A stretch of DNA of 64,000 nucleotides from an uncultured Actinomycetes bacterium (GTDB lineage: Bacteria > Actinomycetota > UBA4738 > HRBIN12), in NCBI GenBank assembly GCA_963704885.1, contig CAVPIB010000001.1, forward strand, positions 256,001 through 320,000. The letters are read 5' to 3'. Within the stretch, counting starts at the first letter, position 1. Each line of letters begins with the position of its first letter. This document shows positions 1 to 9,650 of the stretch, one piece after another. Under the pieces are notes generated by a model, which had not been told where the DNA came from, did not search any database, and saw only the letters and a list, made by a program, of their open reading frames with translations. Both the position numbers and the translations under genes were made by a program.

Positions 1-265
1 CGAACAGAGGCCCGTCCGGGTAGGTCCGCTGATACAGGAAGGTCGCGTGCCCGGTCGTCGCATCGCTTTGGGCCAGCACCAGGCCGTCCGCGGACAGGAT
101 GCGACCCCGGTCCACCCGGTACTCCGCGATGATCTGGCGTGTGGCGTTCGCCGGGTTGCCGGCGATCCGTTCGGACGCGAACACCTGTATGTAGGACACC
201 TGGAAGAACAAAAACCCGAAGAGGATGACGAGGGCCACGCCCAATCGACGGATCCTTCGGTTCAC
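1..265 (-). CDS. pbpA: Penicillin-binding protein A (class B PBP), N-terminal part; runs off window edge
   Basis: Manual translation from GTG at 265: MNRRIRRLGVALVILFGFLFFQVSYIQVFASERIAGNPANATRQIIAEYRVDRGRILSADG. N-terminal TM anchor plus RGxI motif; GTGA overlap with rodA stop; canonical synteny. Confidence 0.85.
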   Translation of the reverse strand, partial: MNRRIRRLGVALVILFGFLFFQVSYIQVFASERIAGNPANATRQIIAEYRVDRGRILSADGLVLAQSDATTGHATFLYQRTYPDGPLF

Positions 266-1566
266 CCGGCGCTCCTACGGACCCAGGACCCAGCCGACAC
301 GCGGATCAGTAGCGCCAGGATCACGAAGTTAGCCACCAGGCTGGACCCGCCGTAGGAGACGAACGGCAACGTTATGCCCGTGAGCGGGATCAGCCGCGTG
401 ACGCCGCCCACGATGACGAACGTCTGGACGGCGACGATCGTGGTGAGACCGGTGGCGAGCAACGTCCCGAACGCGTCGGTTCGCTCCACGGCCACGCGGA
501 GGCTCCGCCCGATCAGGGTCAAGAAGACCAGCAGGATGGCGGCGGTCCCCAGGAGCCCCAGCTCCTCACCGATCGCTGCGAAGATGAAGTCGGTCGCGGC
601 GTAGGGGATCAACGTGGGCGAGCCCAGGCCCAACCCGGTCCCGACCAGGCCTCCCGACGCCAGGGCGAACTGGCCCTGCGCCAGTTGTCCGTAGCCGAGC
701 GCGTAGACGTTCTGGGGGTCGAGGGCGTGCAGCCAGTAGTCCACGCGGAGCTGAACGTGAGTGAACATCAGATAGCCGATCCAGGCACCCACGGCGAACA
801 TCACGAACCCGAGCACCAGGTACCCCGGGCGGCCGCTCGCGACCCAGAGCATCACGACGAATACCGCGAAGAACAGCAAAGAAGCCCCCAGGTCCTTCTC
901 CAGGAACAAGACGGCGAGCGACGTGGCCCACGCGATCAACAGCGGGCCCAGGTCCTTCACGCGCGGCAGCCCGAAGCGTCCCGCGCCACTCGCGAGCAGC
1001 TCTCGTTTGGCCGACAGGTAGGACGCCAGGAAGATCACGATCAGGACCTTGCCGAACTCGGCCGGCTGGAACGACAGCGGCCCGATCGCGACCCACAGTC
1101 GAGCGCCGTTGATCACACGTCCCACTCCCGGGACGATCGGCAGCAGCAGCAGGATCAGACCGGCCAAGCCGATCGTGTAGGTGTAGGCGTCGAGCATCCG
1201 GTCGTCACGGACGAACATCAGTGTCACGACGAACGCGACGAGCCCGACCACCAACCACGTGACCTGCTCCACCGCGAGGTCGGGCTTGAGTCGCCAGATC
1301 ACGGCGAAGCCCATGGCTGAAAGGAGCGCCGCTGCGGGCAAGAGCACGGGGTCGGCACGGCGAGCGACCCTGCGAGTCACGTACCAAGCCGCGAGGAACC
1401 CCAACGCTATGACGGATCCATAGAGCCCGATGCTCGGAGGCACGCGCCCTCGTTTGCCCAGACCCACCAGCGCGTAGGCCCCGATCCCCAGGGTCAACGC
1501 CAAGATCAGCAGACCGAGCCCGGTCGTGGTCCGGAGGGGCTTCGAAGCGGCCGCGCTCCGGCTCAA
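262..1566 (-). CDS. rodA: FtsW/RodA/SpoVE family SEDS protein
   Basis: Motifs INGARLW, FQPAEFGK, DLG, TDFIFAAIGEELG, PLTGITLPFVSYGGSS. Likely TTG start at 1566 overlapping the pstP stop; the ORF-track N-terminal extension is spurious. Confidence 0.93.
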   Translation of the reverse strand: MSRSAAASKPLRTTTGLGLLILALTLGIGAYALVGLGKRGRVPPSIGLYGSVIALGFLAAWYVTRRVARRADPVLLPAAALLSAMGFAVIWRLKPDLAVEQVTWLVVGLVAFVVTLMFVRDDRMLDAYTYTIGLAGLILLLLPIVPGVGRVINGARLWVAIGPLSFQPAEFGKVLIVIFLASYLSAKRELLASGAGRFGLPRVKDLGPLLIAWATSLAVLFLEKDLGASLLFFAVFVVMLWVASGRPGYLVLGFVMFAVGAWIGYLMFTHVQLRVDYWLHALDPQNVYALGYGQLAQGQFALASGGLVGTGLGLGSPTLIPYAATDFIFAAIGEELGLLGTAAILLVFLTLIGRSLRVAVERTDAFGTLLATGLTTIVAVQTFVIVGGVTRLIPLTGITLPFVSYGGSSLVANFVILALLIRVSAGSWVRRSAG

Positions 1567-2708
1567 GGAGCTGTCGCCTCCACGGTCGCAACGTCGGATC
1601 GGATCTGTTCGACGATCGCCATCGCCTCGTCCCGGCTGTTGGCAGTGATCCCGTCGGGCAGCTCGGCGTAGAACTCCAGGGCCGCGGCCTGGTCGGCCGG
1701 GATGTCGGTCTCGAGCTCCACATGCGAGAACCGGACTCCCGCGAGCTCGGCGGGGATGCCCTGATAGACGGCGACGTGGCCGCTGGACTCTCCCACGTAC
1801 CACTGGCGGTCGATGTATCCGCGGCCCAGTACGAAGACGGTCGCCAACGCGACCGCGACGACTGCGCCGCGGAGTACCCATCGCTTGATCGTGGCCCGCG
1901 ACGGTCGGCGCCGACCTCGGGAGGTCGCCTGCACGGTCGACCGCTTCGACGGCCCATCGCTCGCGGCGTCCTTCCCCGGCGAGGGCTCGCCCTCGGACGC
2001 TGAGTCGTCCCCTTCCAGGAAGTCGAGGACCACCACGGTGATGTTGTCGATGCCTCCCGCCCGGTTCGCCGCCTTGATCAGGCGGTCGGCGGTCTCTTGG
2101 GACCCGGGGGTCGCTTCCAGGATGGCTTGGATCTGGTCTTCGGAGACCATGTTGGTCAGACCGTCGCTGCATATGAGGATGCGATCGCCGTCCATGACGG
2201 GGATGTCGTCCAGGTCTACGTCAACGTCCGGCTCGGTGCCCACGACCCGCGTGAGGACGTTTCGGTGGGGGTGGACGTCGGCCTCTTCGCGCGTGATCTC
2301 GCCTGCCTTCACCATGCGATTGACGAGCGTGTGGTCCTCGCTGAGTTGACGGAACGCGCCGGCGCGCAACAGATATGCGCGGCTGTCGCCGACGTGAGCA
2401 AGATGCGCGCCGGCGTCGTCGACCAGCACCGTCGTCAGTGTGGTGCCCATCCCCGTGACGCTCTGATCGGCCATGGAGCGTTCGAAGACGGCGCGGTTGG
2501 CGGATCGCACCATGTCGGTCAACGTGGCCTTGCCCGCGCGGGACAGCTCTTCGACCTTGTCGAGCGCCAGCTCGGAGGCTACGGCTCCACCGCGATGTCC
2601 GCCCATGCCGTCGGCGATCGCGTACAGCGGGGGATCGACCAGGTACGAGTCTTCGTTCCGCTCGCGGACGCGGCCGATGTCGGTGGCGGCCCCAGCCTCG
2701 ACCCTCAC
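1563..2708 (-). CDS. pstP: PP2C-family Ser/Thr phosphatase with C-terminal TM and extracellular domain
   Basis: TDIGRVRERNED, ADGMGGH, GMGTT, HVGDSRAY, CSDGL, GGIDNIT motifs; position in the fha cluster. Confidence 0.95.
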   Translation of the reverse strand: MRVEAGAATDIGRVRERNEDSYLVDPPLYAIADGMGGHRGGAVASELALDKVEELSRAGKATLTDMVRSANRAVFERSMADQSVTGMGTTLTTVLVDDAGAHLAHVGDSRAYLLRAGAFRQLSEDHTLVNRMVKAGEITREEADVHPHRNVLTRVVGTEPDVDVDLDDIPVMDGDRILICSDGLTNMVSEDQIQAILEATPGSQETADRLIKAANRAGGIDNITVVVLDFLEGDDSASEGEPSPGKDAASDGPSKRSTVQATSRGRRRPSRATIKRWVLRGAVVAVALATVFVLGRGYIDRQWYVGESSGHVAVYQGIPAELAGVRFSHVELETDIPADQAAALEFYAELPDGITANSRDEAMAIVEQIRSDVATVEATAP

Positions 2709-3155
2709 CGTCGGAGCTCCATCATGGTCGTCCCGACTCGGATGCGGTCACCCGGCTGCACCATGGCCGGCGAAGCCAGCTTCTGGTCGTTCACGAACGT
2801 TCCGTTGGTGGACCCGAGATCCTCCACGTACCACGACGTCGTTCTTGCCGAAGAGCCGCGCGTGCTGGGACGAGGCGTACGTGTCGTCGATCAGCAGCTC
2901 GCACTCGGTACCGCGCCCGATGGTCATGCTGGCGGCCAACTTCAGGGATCGCGGCTTGCCATCCGGCGGGTGGACGACCACCGTCGTCGGACCCGTCGGC
3001 GCCGGGGGGGCGTTGCCGTTCTTCTTCGCCCGTCGCCCGGATGGCGCGGGCTCCACCGTCAGACCTCGCACCGCCCAGCGCATCGAGCGCCAGATGAATA
3101 GGAATAGCAGCGCGAACAATCCGTACTTGATCGCCGAGAGCGCGAACGGCGTCAT
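2705..3155 (-). CDS. fhaB: FHA domain protein FhaB/FipA (frameshift near 2837)
   Basis: N-terminal TM, IGR and SSQHARL. After one extra base the frame continues WYVEDLGSTNGTFVN...GDRIRVGTTMMELRR* with the stop at 2705 overlapping the pstP start. Confidence 0.85.
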
Positions 3156-3841
3156 GGGTTCGTCTGCCGGAACTCGAGGACCGTGGTGCCGATCGTGATG
3201 CGGTCTCCGTCGGCGAGCTCCCGGCTCTGGATCGTCTGACCGTTGAGCCGCGTGCCGTTCGTGGAGCCGAGGTCGGTGAGCGTGTGGGTCCCGTCCTTGC
3301 GACGGATCTGCGCGTGGCGGCGCGAGGCGCCCTTGTCGGAGATCATCACCTCACACGCGGGCAGGCGTCCGATCGTTGCGACGTCTGCCGCTAGGACGAC
3401 CGAGCGCGCCTCCCCGTCCTCGTGGATCACCAGCGACGCCGCAGAAGCCGGCGCCGGGTCCACCTTCTCCTCGCCCTCCACGAGCGAGGCCTGACAGCGG
3501 AACTCGCCCTTCTTCAGCTTCCGCTCCGTCTCGAACATGATCTCCGGTGGACCCACCAGACCCCACCCTCGCTCGGAGGCGTTCTCGCGCACGACCTCCT
3601 TCAGTTCTGTGACGAGTGCGGCCTCCGCCTGTTCGAAGCGCACGGCGTCGGAGGGCGAGAGCCGGAACGTGAAGGAGTTGGGGGCCCACACCTCGGATAC
3701 GCCCACCGTGCGGCCGGCGTCCATCTCCTTCAGGACGCGCTTGGCCAGCTCGACCGGTTGCAGGCCGCTGCGGAAGGTCTTGGCGAACAGTCCTTCGACC
3801 AGACCACCGAGTCGTCGTTCGAAATCGCGGAGGATGGGCAC
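3152..3841 (-). CDS. fhaA: DUF3662 + FHA domain protein FhaA
   Basis: FERRLGGLVEGLFAKTFRSGLQPVELAKR N-terminus; IGR, SRRHA and DLGSTNGT FHA motifs. Confidence 0.93.
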   Translation of the reverse strand: MPILRDFERRLGGLVEGLFAKTFRSGLQPVELAKRVLKEMDAGRTVGVSEVWAPNSFTFRLSPSDAVRFEQAEAALVTELKEVVRENASERGWGLVGPPEIMFETERKLKKGEFRCQASLVEGEEKVDPAPASAASLVIHEDGEARSVVLAADVATIGRLPACEVMISDKGASRRHAQIRRKDGTHTLTDLGSTNGTRLNGQTIQSRELADGDRITIGTTVLEFRQTNP

Positions 3842-3860
3842 AGGTGAACGTTGGCGCAGG

Positions 3861-4272
3861 TCAGCGTGTCTGCGCTCCTGCGCGCGATTCTACCCCGCGG
3901 GCTTGTGACGAACCCGTTGCGTCGGCCTCGCTCGTCTGCGCGAAGCCGTACCGCTCGTCGGGCGAAAGGCGACTCAGCCGCCACTCGCTCAGACGGATCT
4001 GGAAGTGGTGCGCGTAGACCAGCAGCATGACGACCAGCAGGAACCGGAGGGTGGCCGGCCGGTTCACCTCGAGGATGCCGCCGAGCGTGCCGTACAACCC
4101 GATCAGCGACCAGGCCGCCAGGACCCCGAACCCCACGATGCGTCAGGTGCCGCAGGAGGGTGTCTATCTGGAGTCGTTGTCGGAGCGTCATGAGGGCGAA
4201 GTCTCCGAACGTCGCGACCTGTGGGCCATCGGCTGGCCGGGCGGTTTCTGCGGTCACCCGCTGCGCCGACAC
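3861..4272 (-). CDS. Hypothetical small membrane protein (apparent frameshift near 4140)
   Basis: The 5' part of ORF 3730..4272 joins hydrophobic ORF 3861..4136 (two TM-like stretches) across a frame change. Confidence 0.4.
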
Positions 4273-4320
4273 GGGCGGGTCAGTATTGGGTAGTCACCGG
4301 TCCGGAACCGAAGGTGGGCT

Positions 4321-4329
4321 TGCTACCAT
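4321..4329 (+). promoter_or_regulatory. Extended -10 element upstream of tRNA-Leu
   Basis: TGCTACCAT (TGnTAnnnT) ending 12 nt before the tRNA 5' end. Confidence 0.5.
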
Positions 4330-4341
4330 GGCGCTCCCCAC

Positions 4342-4428
<87 letters not shown>

Positions 4429-4536
4429 ACGACCGACCGGCGGCGTAGATGATCAAGCGGACCTGCGGCGGCGGACGGCGTTGGCCGCCGGACTTGCTGT
4501 CCCATCGATGTATCTTCCACGGCGGAGGATTTCACC

Positions 4537-5250
4537 ATGTCGACGTTCGTCATCGTTCACGGAGCCTGGGGCTCGCCCGCCGAGATGGAACCTGTGGTTG
4601 AGCCGTTGGAGTCGGCCGGCCACGCAGCGATCACCGTCGACCTGCCATGTGTCGACGCTGATGCGACCTTGGAGCAGTACGCAGCCGCCGTGCGCGCCGT
4701 ACTCCCCGATGACCCGGCCGACGTTGTGCTGGTCGGTCACTCGTTCGGAGGCTTCACCGTTTCGACCATCGCCGCGGAGAACGTTGGCATGTCGGTGGTG
4801 TACGTCGCGGCCTGGGTACCGCAGCCGGGCGCCTCGGTGATCGATCTCTTCTTGGGCAGCGATCCATTCGCTGACGGTGACGAAGATGCGGGAATCGCCG
4901 CCTTCGGCGGATTGATCGCCAGTGCTGGCGCTGGTCTGTGTGCCTTGGACATCGACCGGTTGGTCGCGGCGGTCGATCCGTCCGAGCAGGACGCGACCCG
5001 GTCGTATCTCGAGCAGACACAGCGTCCGCAGGGCATCGCCGCGCTGCGCCAGAAGTGGAACGGCGATCTGCCGACCTCCGGCCGCCTCACCTACGTCGTG
5101 ACCACCGCCGACACGCTGGTGCCACCAGAGGCCCAACGGGCGATGGCGGCATCAGTGGGCGCCGATGTCGTCGAGATCGACACGGGTCACTCGCCCTTCG
5201 GCGAGCAGCCCGCACGCCTTGCCGAGCTGTTGGTCGCCGCCACCCGCTGA
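4537..5250 (+). CDS. Alpha/beta hydrolase (esterase, Abhydrolase_6-like)
   Basis: VHGAW, GHSFGG nucleophile elbow, D..V and GHSPF catalytic His; GGAGG RBS. Confidence 0.92.
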   Translation: MSTFVIVHGAWGSPAEMEPVVEPLESAGHAAITVDLPCVDADATLEQYAAAVRAVLPDDPADVVLVGHSFGGFTVSTIAAENVGMSVVYVAAWVPQPGASVIDLFLGSDPFADGDEDAGIAAFGGLIASAGAGLCALDIDRLVAAVDPSEQDATRSYLEQTQRPQGIAALRQKWNGDLPTSGRLTYVVTTADTLVPPEAQRAMAASVGADVVEIDTGHSPFGEQPARLAELLVAATR

Positions 5251-5608
5251 CCTCCAAGCTCTCAGCGCGGCGGTGACCGCGGGTATATGTAGCCTTGCTC
5301 GGAACCTGGGGGCGACGGAGGCGGGCCTCGTGGGCGGAGCGACCTGGACGAACTGGGAGACCCACGACAAGGCCGAGACCGCCACTCCCTCGCGGCGACC
5401 TGGGTGCGTGAGCATCTCGCCGACCGTGTCGAGCTTCGCTCAAGCGCCGTGGGCGGTCGGCAGGACGCCGGCGAGACGCCACCCGGTCAGCCGACGATCG
5501 GTTGTGTGGCTTAGCGTGCCGTCAGGACGAGTCCGATCGAGAGCAGCGCTATCGACATGCCGTCACCGCGAGCGGCAGTGCGACGTTCCGTAACTTCAGA
5601 GGGGGAGC

Positions 5609-6075
5609 TTGATGAGCGAGGAGATCCGCAGGACGGCGTTCGACCGCCCGCAGCGCGCGATGGGCGTCGTCCAGCACCTCGACCGGGAAGGTTGGTATCG
5701 GCCCAAACACTTCGGCGACCCCGTCGCCGAGCACCGCGCGATCCGCAACGACGTCGGTGTCTGGGACGCGTCGCCGCTGCGCAAGTTGGCGTTCAGCGGC
5801 CCCGACGCCGTGAAGGCGGTCGACCGCATCTTCACGAACGACATGCTGAGCCTCGAGGTCGGGCAGGTACGGTACACACCGTTCTGCGACGAGAAGGGCA
5901 AGATGGTCGGTGAATGCACGGTCTTCAAGACCGCCGACGATGGGTTCTTGGCGGTCACCGCGCTCGACTCCGATCTCGACCATTTCAGGGTCGTCGCCGA
6001 AGGCCTCACGGTCGAGATCGAGCCGATGACGAGGTCGCTTCCGCAGCTCGGGATCACCGGCCCTCGGTCGCGCGA
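5609..6075 (+). pseudogene. Truncated aminomethyltransferase (GcvT-like) N-terminal fragment
   Basis: EHRAIRNDVGVWDASPL..SGPDA..TND...GQVRYT..GPRSRE; similarity ends abruptly at ~6075 and the rest of the ORF to 6322 is non-homologous. Confidence 0.75.
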
Positions 6076-6393
6076 GACTCGTGGCCGCCTCCTGGTGGCG
6101 CGCGCAGACCGCCCCGGCGTAACCTCGCGGCGATGGCCGTCGAGATGCCCACCCGCCGCCGCGCGATCCACACCCTTGAGGCGAACGACCCAGAACGATC
6201 CCAACAGCTCTTCGAAGGCCCCCGAAAGAGATCGAACTTTCGCGCACGGGCTACCTATCCACTCGATTCTCCCCAGTCCGGCGACCAAAGCCCTCGATAT
6301 CCCAAGCAGATCGGGCGTCTGAGCCCTCATTCTGGCGTTAGCGCAGGGTATTGTCTGGCGCTCAGCTGCCCCAGAGAGGAGGGAGAACCGTCG

Positions 6394-8034
6394 ATGCCTA
6401 CGGATCGGTACGACGTGATCGTCGTCGGCGGGGGCCACAACGGCCTCGTCGCCGCGGCCTATCTCGCCAAGATGGGAGCGAAGGTCGTGGTGCTTGAGTC
6501 CCGTCACAAGACGGGCGGCGCCGCCGACACGTCCTCCCCGTTCCCGGAGCACCCCGACGTCAAGGTCACGACGCTCTCCTACGTCATGAGCCTCATGCCG
6601 CCGTCGATCGTCCGCGACCTGCGGCTCGAGGCTTTCGGCTACAAGGTTGTGCCCATGGCGGGCTCCTACGCCCCGCAACCGGGTTCGGGGGGTATCCGCG
6701 ATGACGACGGGAAGAGCGGCCGGTTCCGCGAGACCCTGTCCCACTTCTCGAAGACCGACGCGGACGTCTACGAGGACTGGTCGGCGTGGCTCGCGCGCAG
6801 CGCGGGCTTCCTCGGACCGCTCCTGATGGAGACACCCCCGAACCTCGGATCCCTGGCGTTGGGGGATCTGGCCGACCAGGCGCGATTCGCGCTCCGTCAT
6901 CGTTCCGGTATGAGCTCCCGTCAGGCCGCCGACATCACCAAGCTCTTCACCATGAGCGCCGCCGATCTGCTCGGCGAGTGGTTCGAAGCGACGGAACTCA
7001 AGGCGCTCATCGCGACCGGCGGCATCATCGGCACGTGGGCAGGACCCGAGGAACCGGGCACGGCCTACGTCTTGATGCATCATGCCGTCGGCGACCTCGG
7101 CGACGGCAATCTCTCGGAGTGGGGATACCCGATCGGCGGCATGGGCGCCGTGACCAGCGCGTTGCGGGCGAGTGCGGAGTCCTTCGGCGCCGAGATCCGT
7201 GTCGACAGCCCCGTCGCCCGCATCCTGGTCGCGGCCGGTGCGGTCCGTGGCGCGAGCACTGCGTCGGGCGAGGAGTTCCGAGCGCCGCTGGTCATCTCGG
7301 CCTGCCACCCGAAGATCACGTTCTTGAACCAGATCGACCGCGGGGAGCTCCCGGATGAGTTCGTCCGGGATATCGAGCACTGGAAGACGCGGAGCGGGAC
7401 CGTGAAGATCAACCTGGCGCTGTCGCACTTGCCTGCCTTCCGCGACGATCCGAACGGCGAGGATCCGGAGATCGCCGGTTCCTCGATCCAGGTTTCCCCC
7501 AGCATCCGATACCTGGAGAAGGCGTTCGAAGAGGCGCGGGACGGCAGGGCGTCGACCGCACCGTTCTCAGAGACGTGCCTCCCGAGCTACTACGACCCGA
7601 CGCTCGCGCCCGACGGCATGCACGTGATGTCGATGTTCACGCAGTGGGTGCCCCATGGGTGGGCGCAGGAGCGTCATCAGGACGAGCTCGAGGCGTACGC
7701 GGACCGACTGGTGGACATCCACGACGACTTCATGCCGGGCTTCAAGGACGCGATCGTGGGCCGCCAGGTCATCGGGCCGTGGCAGATGGAGCACGAGTGG
7801 GGCCTGATCGGCGGCAACATCTTCCACGGTGAGCTCACCACGGACCAGCTGTTCCACATGCGGCCCGCACCTGGCTACGCGGACTACCGCACGCCGATCC
7901 GCGGGCTCTATCAGGCGTCCTCTGCCACGCACGCCGGCGGTGGGGTGACCGGGCTTCCCGGCCATCACGTCGTCCGCGAGATCGTCAAGGATCGCAAGCG
8001 AGAGCGGTTCCGTAGGCGAGGCCGAGGTCGATGA
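6394..8034 (+). CDS. Phytoene dehydrogenase-like NAD(P)/FAD oxidoreductase (PYROXD2-like), paralog 1
   Basis: YDVIVVGGGHNGLVAAAYLA, GGMGAV, GGNIFHGEL..DQL...RP.PG.ADYRTPIRGLY; ATG at 6394 after GGAGGGAG. Confidence 0.9.
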   Translation: MPTDRYDVIVVGGGHNGLVAAAYLAKMGAKVVVLESRHKTGGAADTSSPFPEHPDVKVTTLSYVMSLMPPSIVRDLRLEAFGYKVVPMAGSYAPQPGSGGIRDDDGKSGRFRETLSHFSKTDADVYEDWSAWLARSAGFLGPLLMETPPNLGSLALGDLADQARFALRHRSGMSSRQAADITKLFTMSAADLLGEWFEATELKALIATGGIIGTWAGPEEPGTAYVLMHHAVGDLGDGNLSEWGYPIGGMGAVTSALRASAESFGAEIRVDSPVARILVAAGAVRGASTASGEEFRAPLVISACHPKITFLNQIDRGELPDEFVRDIEHWKTRSGTVKINLALSHLPAFRDDPNGEDPEIAGSSIQVSPSIRYLEKAFEEARDGRASTAPFSETCLPSYYDPTLAPDGMHVMSMFTQWVPHGWAQERHQDELEAYADRLVDIHDDFMPGFKDAIVGRQVIGPWQMEHEWGLIGGNIFHGELTTDQLFHMRPAPGYADYRTPIRGLYQASSATHAGGGVTGLPGHHVVREIVKDRKRERFRRRGRGR

Positions 8035-8411
8035 AGGACGACGGGCATCGGATCGCTCATCTCGACTCGGTGACTATCGACTGCCGCGACCCTGAGCGCC
8101 TCGCGGCCTTCTGGGCCTCGGTGTTCGGGACCGCCGAAGAGTGGCGTGGCGGCGATCCCGTGCAGTACATCGATCTCGCCGGGACCGACGGATCCCCCGT
8201 GGTCCGGCTCCAGCGGGTCCCCGAGCCGAAGACCGTCAAGGACAGGATCCATCTCGACCTGCGCGTCGACGACATCGAGGAGGCATGCAGGCGGGTCATC
8301 GAGTTGGGCGGTGTCAGGGCGGAGCAGGGCGACGTCCGTGAGTACGAGGTCGTGTTCAGGGTGATGCTCGACCCTGAGGGCAACGAGTTCTGCCTGGTTT
8401 CCAACGCGTAG
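8031..8411 (+). CDS. VOC/glyoxalase-like family protein
   Basis: IDCRDPERLAAFW, QRVPEPKTVKDRIHLDL, MLDPEGNEFC. Confidence 0.92.
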   Translation: MKDDGHRIAHLDSVTIDCRDPERLAAFWASVFGTAEEWRGGDPVQYIDLAGTDGSPVVRLQRVPEPKTVKDRIHLDLRVDDIEEACRRVIELGGVRAEQGDVREYEVVFRVMLDPEGNEFCLVSNA

Positions 8412-8435
8412 GGATCGATCAGACCGGAGGATCAC

Positions 8436-9605
8436 GTGGAACCGATCGCAACTGAGGGCATATCTTCAGACGTCTACGTCGGCCCGTTCCACGAGAAACA
8501 GCGTGCGATGGGTGGGACCTTCTACGAGGACTACGGCACGCTGTGGACCGCCACGTTCGGAGACCCGGTCTCGGAGTACTGGTCGGTCCGCAGGGGCGCG
8601 GCGCTGTGGGACACGTACGCCTTGGTCAAGTTCCACCTCACGGGTCGGGACACGCTCCTGGCGCTTGACCGGCTGTTCACGCGGCGACTCGTCGACGCTG
8701 AGCCTGGTGTCGTGCGCTACGGGATGCTCCTCGATGAGCAGGGCCTGATGCTCGACGAGGCGACCATCGTCGTCGTTTCTCCCAAGGAGGCATACCTGTT
8801 CGGGAACGATGAGCGAGCCGGCTTCACGGGGCACATGGCCGCCCATACCGTCGGGATGGACCTGAACATCGAGGATGTCAGCCGAGCGATCCCGAGCCTC
8901 GCCGTGCAAGGGCCCCGGTCCTTCGACGTGCTCTCGAAACTGACGTACACGGACTTCGGATCACTACGCTGGTTCCGCTGCCTTCCCGACCCGATAGAGA
9001 TCGCGGGAGTGAGGGGACTCTTGGTGCGCGCCGGCTTCACCGGGGAGCTCGGCTACGAGTTCTACATGCTCGATGGGGATGACGGTGCCGAGGGCCTTTG
9101 GGATGCGGTTGCCAGCGCAGGTGCGGCGCCCATCGGCTTGGATGCCATCGAGAAGCTTCGGATCGAGGCCGGCCTGCTCATCGCGGAAGAGGACTACTGG
9201 CCCGGTGAAACCGACCCTCTGGACCTTGGGATGGAGCGGTTCATCGACTTCGATGGCCACGACTTCGTCGGACGCGATGCGGTGAGGGAGCGGCTGGAGG
9301 ACCCGCCGCGACGGTTCGTGACGCTTGCTCTGGAGGGCGAGATGGCACCGGAGCATGGGGCGCCGGTGGAAGTCGGAGGCACGACCGTCGGGGATGTCCG
9401 AAGCGCTGACACCACGCCTCGCTTCGGAACCCTCGCGTTGGCGGTCCTGGACGCTGCGCATTCCCGCCCGGGAGGTCGCGTGGATGTCGGTGGTTCCGCG
9501 GGCCGCGTGCACCCAGTACCGATCGACGACCCTGAGAAGCTTCGGCCACGTAGCGATCCTCGAGATCCGATGACGGCCCACCAACCGGAAACGCCGCGAG
9601 GCTAG
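8436..9605 (+). CDS. Stand-alone aminomethyltransferase (GcvT/DmdA-like, folate-binding)
   Basis: EYWSVRRGAALWD, AVQGPRS, RAGFTGELGYE, LRIEAGL motifs. Confidence 0.9.
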   Translation: MEPIATEGISSDVYVGPFHEKQRAMGGTFYEDYGTLWTATFGDPVSEYWSVRRGAALWDTYALVKFHLTGRDTLLALDRLFTRRLVDAEPGVVRYGMLLDEQGLMLDEATIVVVSPKEAYLFGNDERAGFTGHMAAHTVGMDLNIEDVSRAIPSLAVQGPRSFDVLSKLTYTDFGSLRWFRCLPDPIEIAGVRGLLVRAGFTGELGYEFYMLDGDDGAEGLWDAVASAGAAPIGLDAIEKLRIEAGLLIAEEDYWPGETDPLDLGMERFIDFDGHDFVGRDAVRERLEDPPRRFVTLALEGEMAPEHGAPVEVGGTTVGDVRSADTTPRFGTLALAVLDAAHSRPGGRVDVGGSAGRVHPVPIDDPEKLRPRSDPRDPMTAHQPETPRG

Positions 9606-9650
9606 GTGAGCCCCTGAACTCGTGATCGGCGACGTAACAGGAGGCGACAG

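Noticed and set aside
1567-2172. Long N-terminal extension of RodA in the ORF track (likewise for hemA, hemH, hemQ, hemE, MFS and the multi-PAS ORF)
   Set aside because: These overlap upstream genes or tRNAs and are Arg/Pro-rich GC read-through; better internal starts exist.
5251-5608. Possible glycine riboswitch upstream of the gcvT-like fragment
   Set aside because: GGGAGA is present but the CCGAAG and CTCTCAGG core elements and tandem aptamer layout are not recognisable.
5596-7428. Long antisense ORFs (e.g. 610 aa here, 38387-39907, 8964-10337)
   Set aside because: Shadow ORFs opposite well-supported genes, expected in high-GC DNA.
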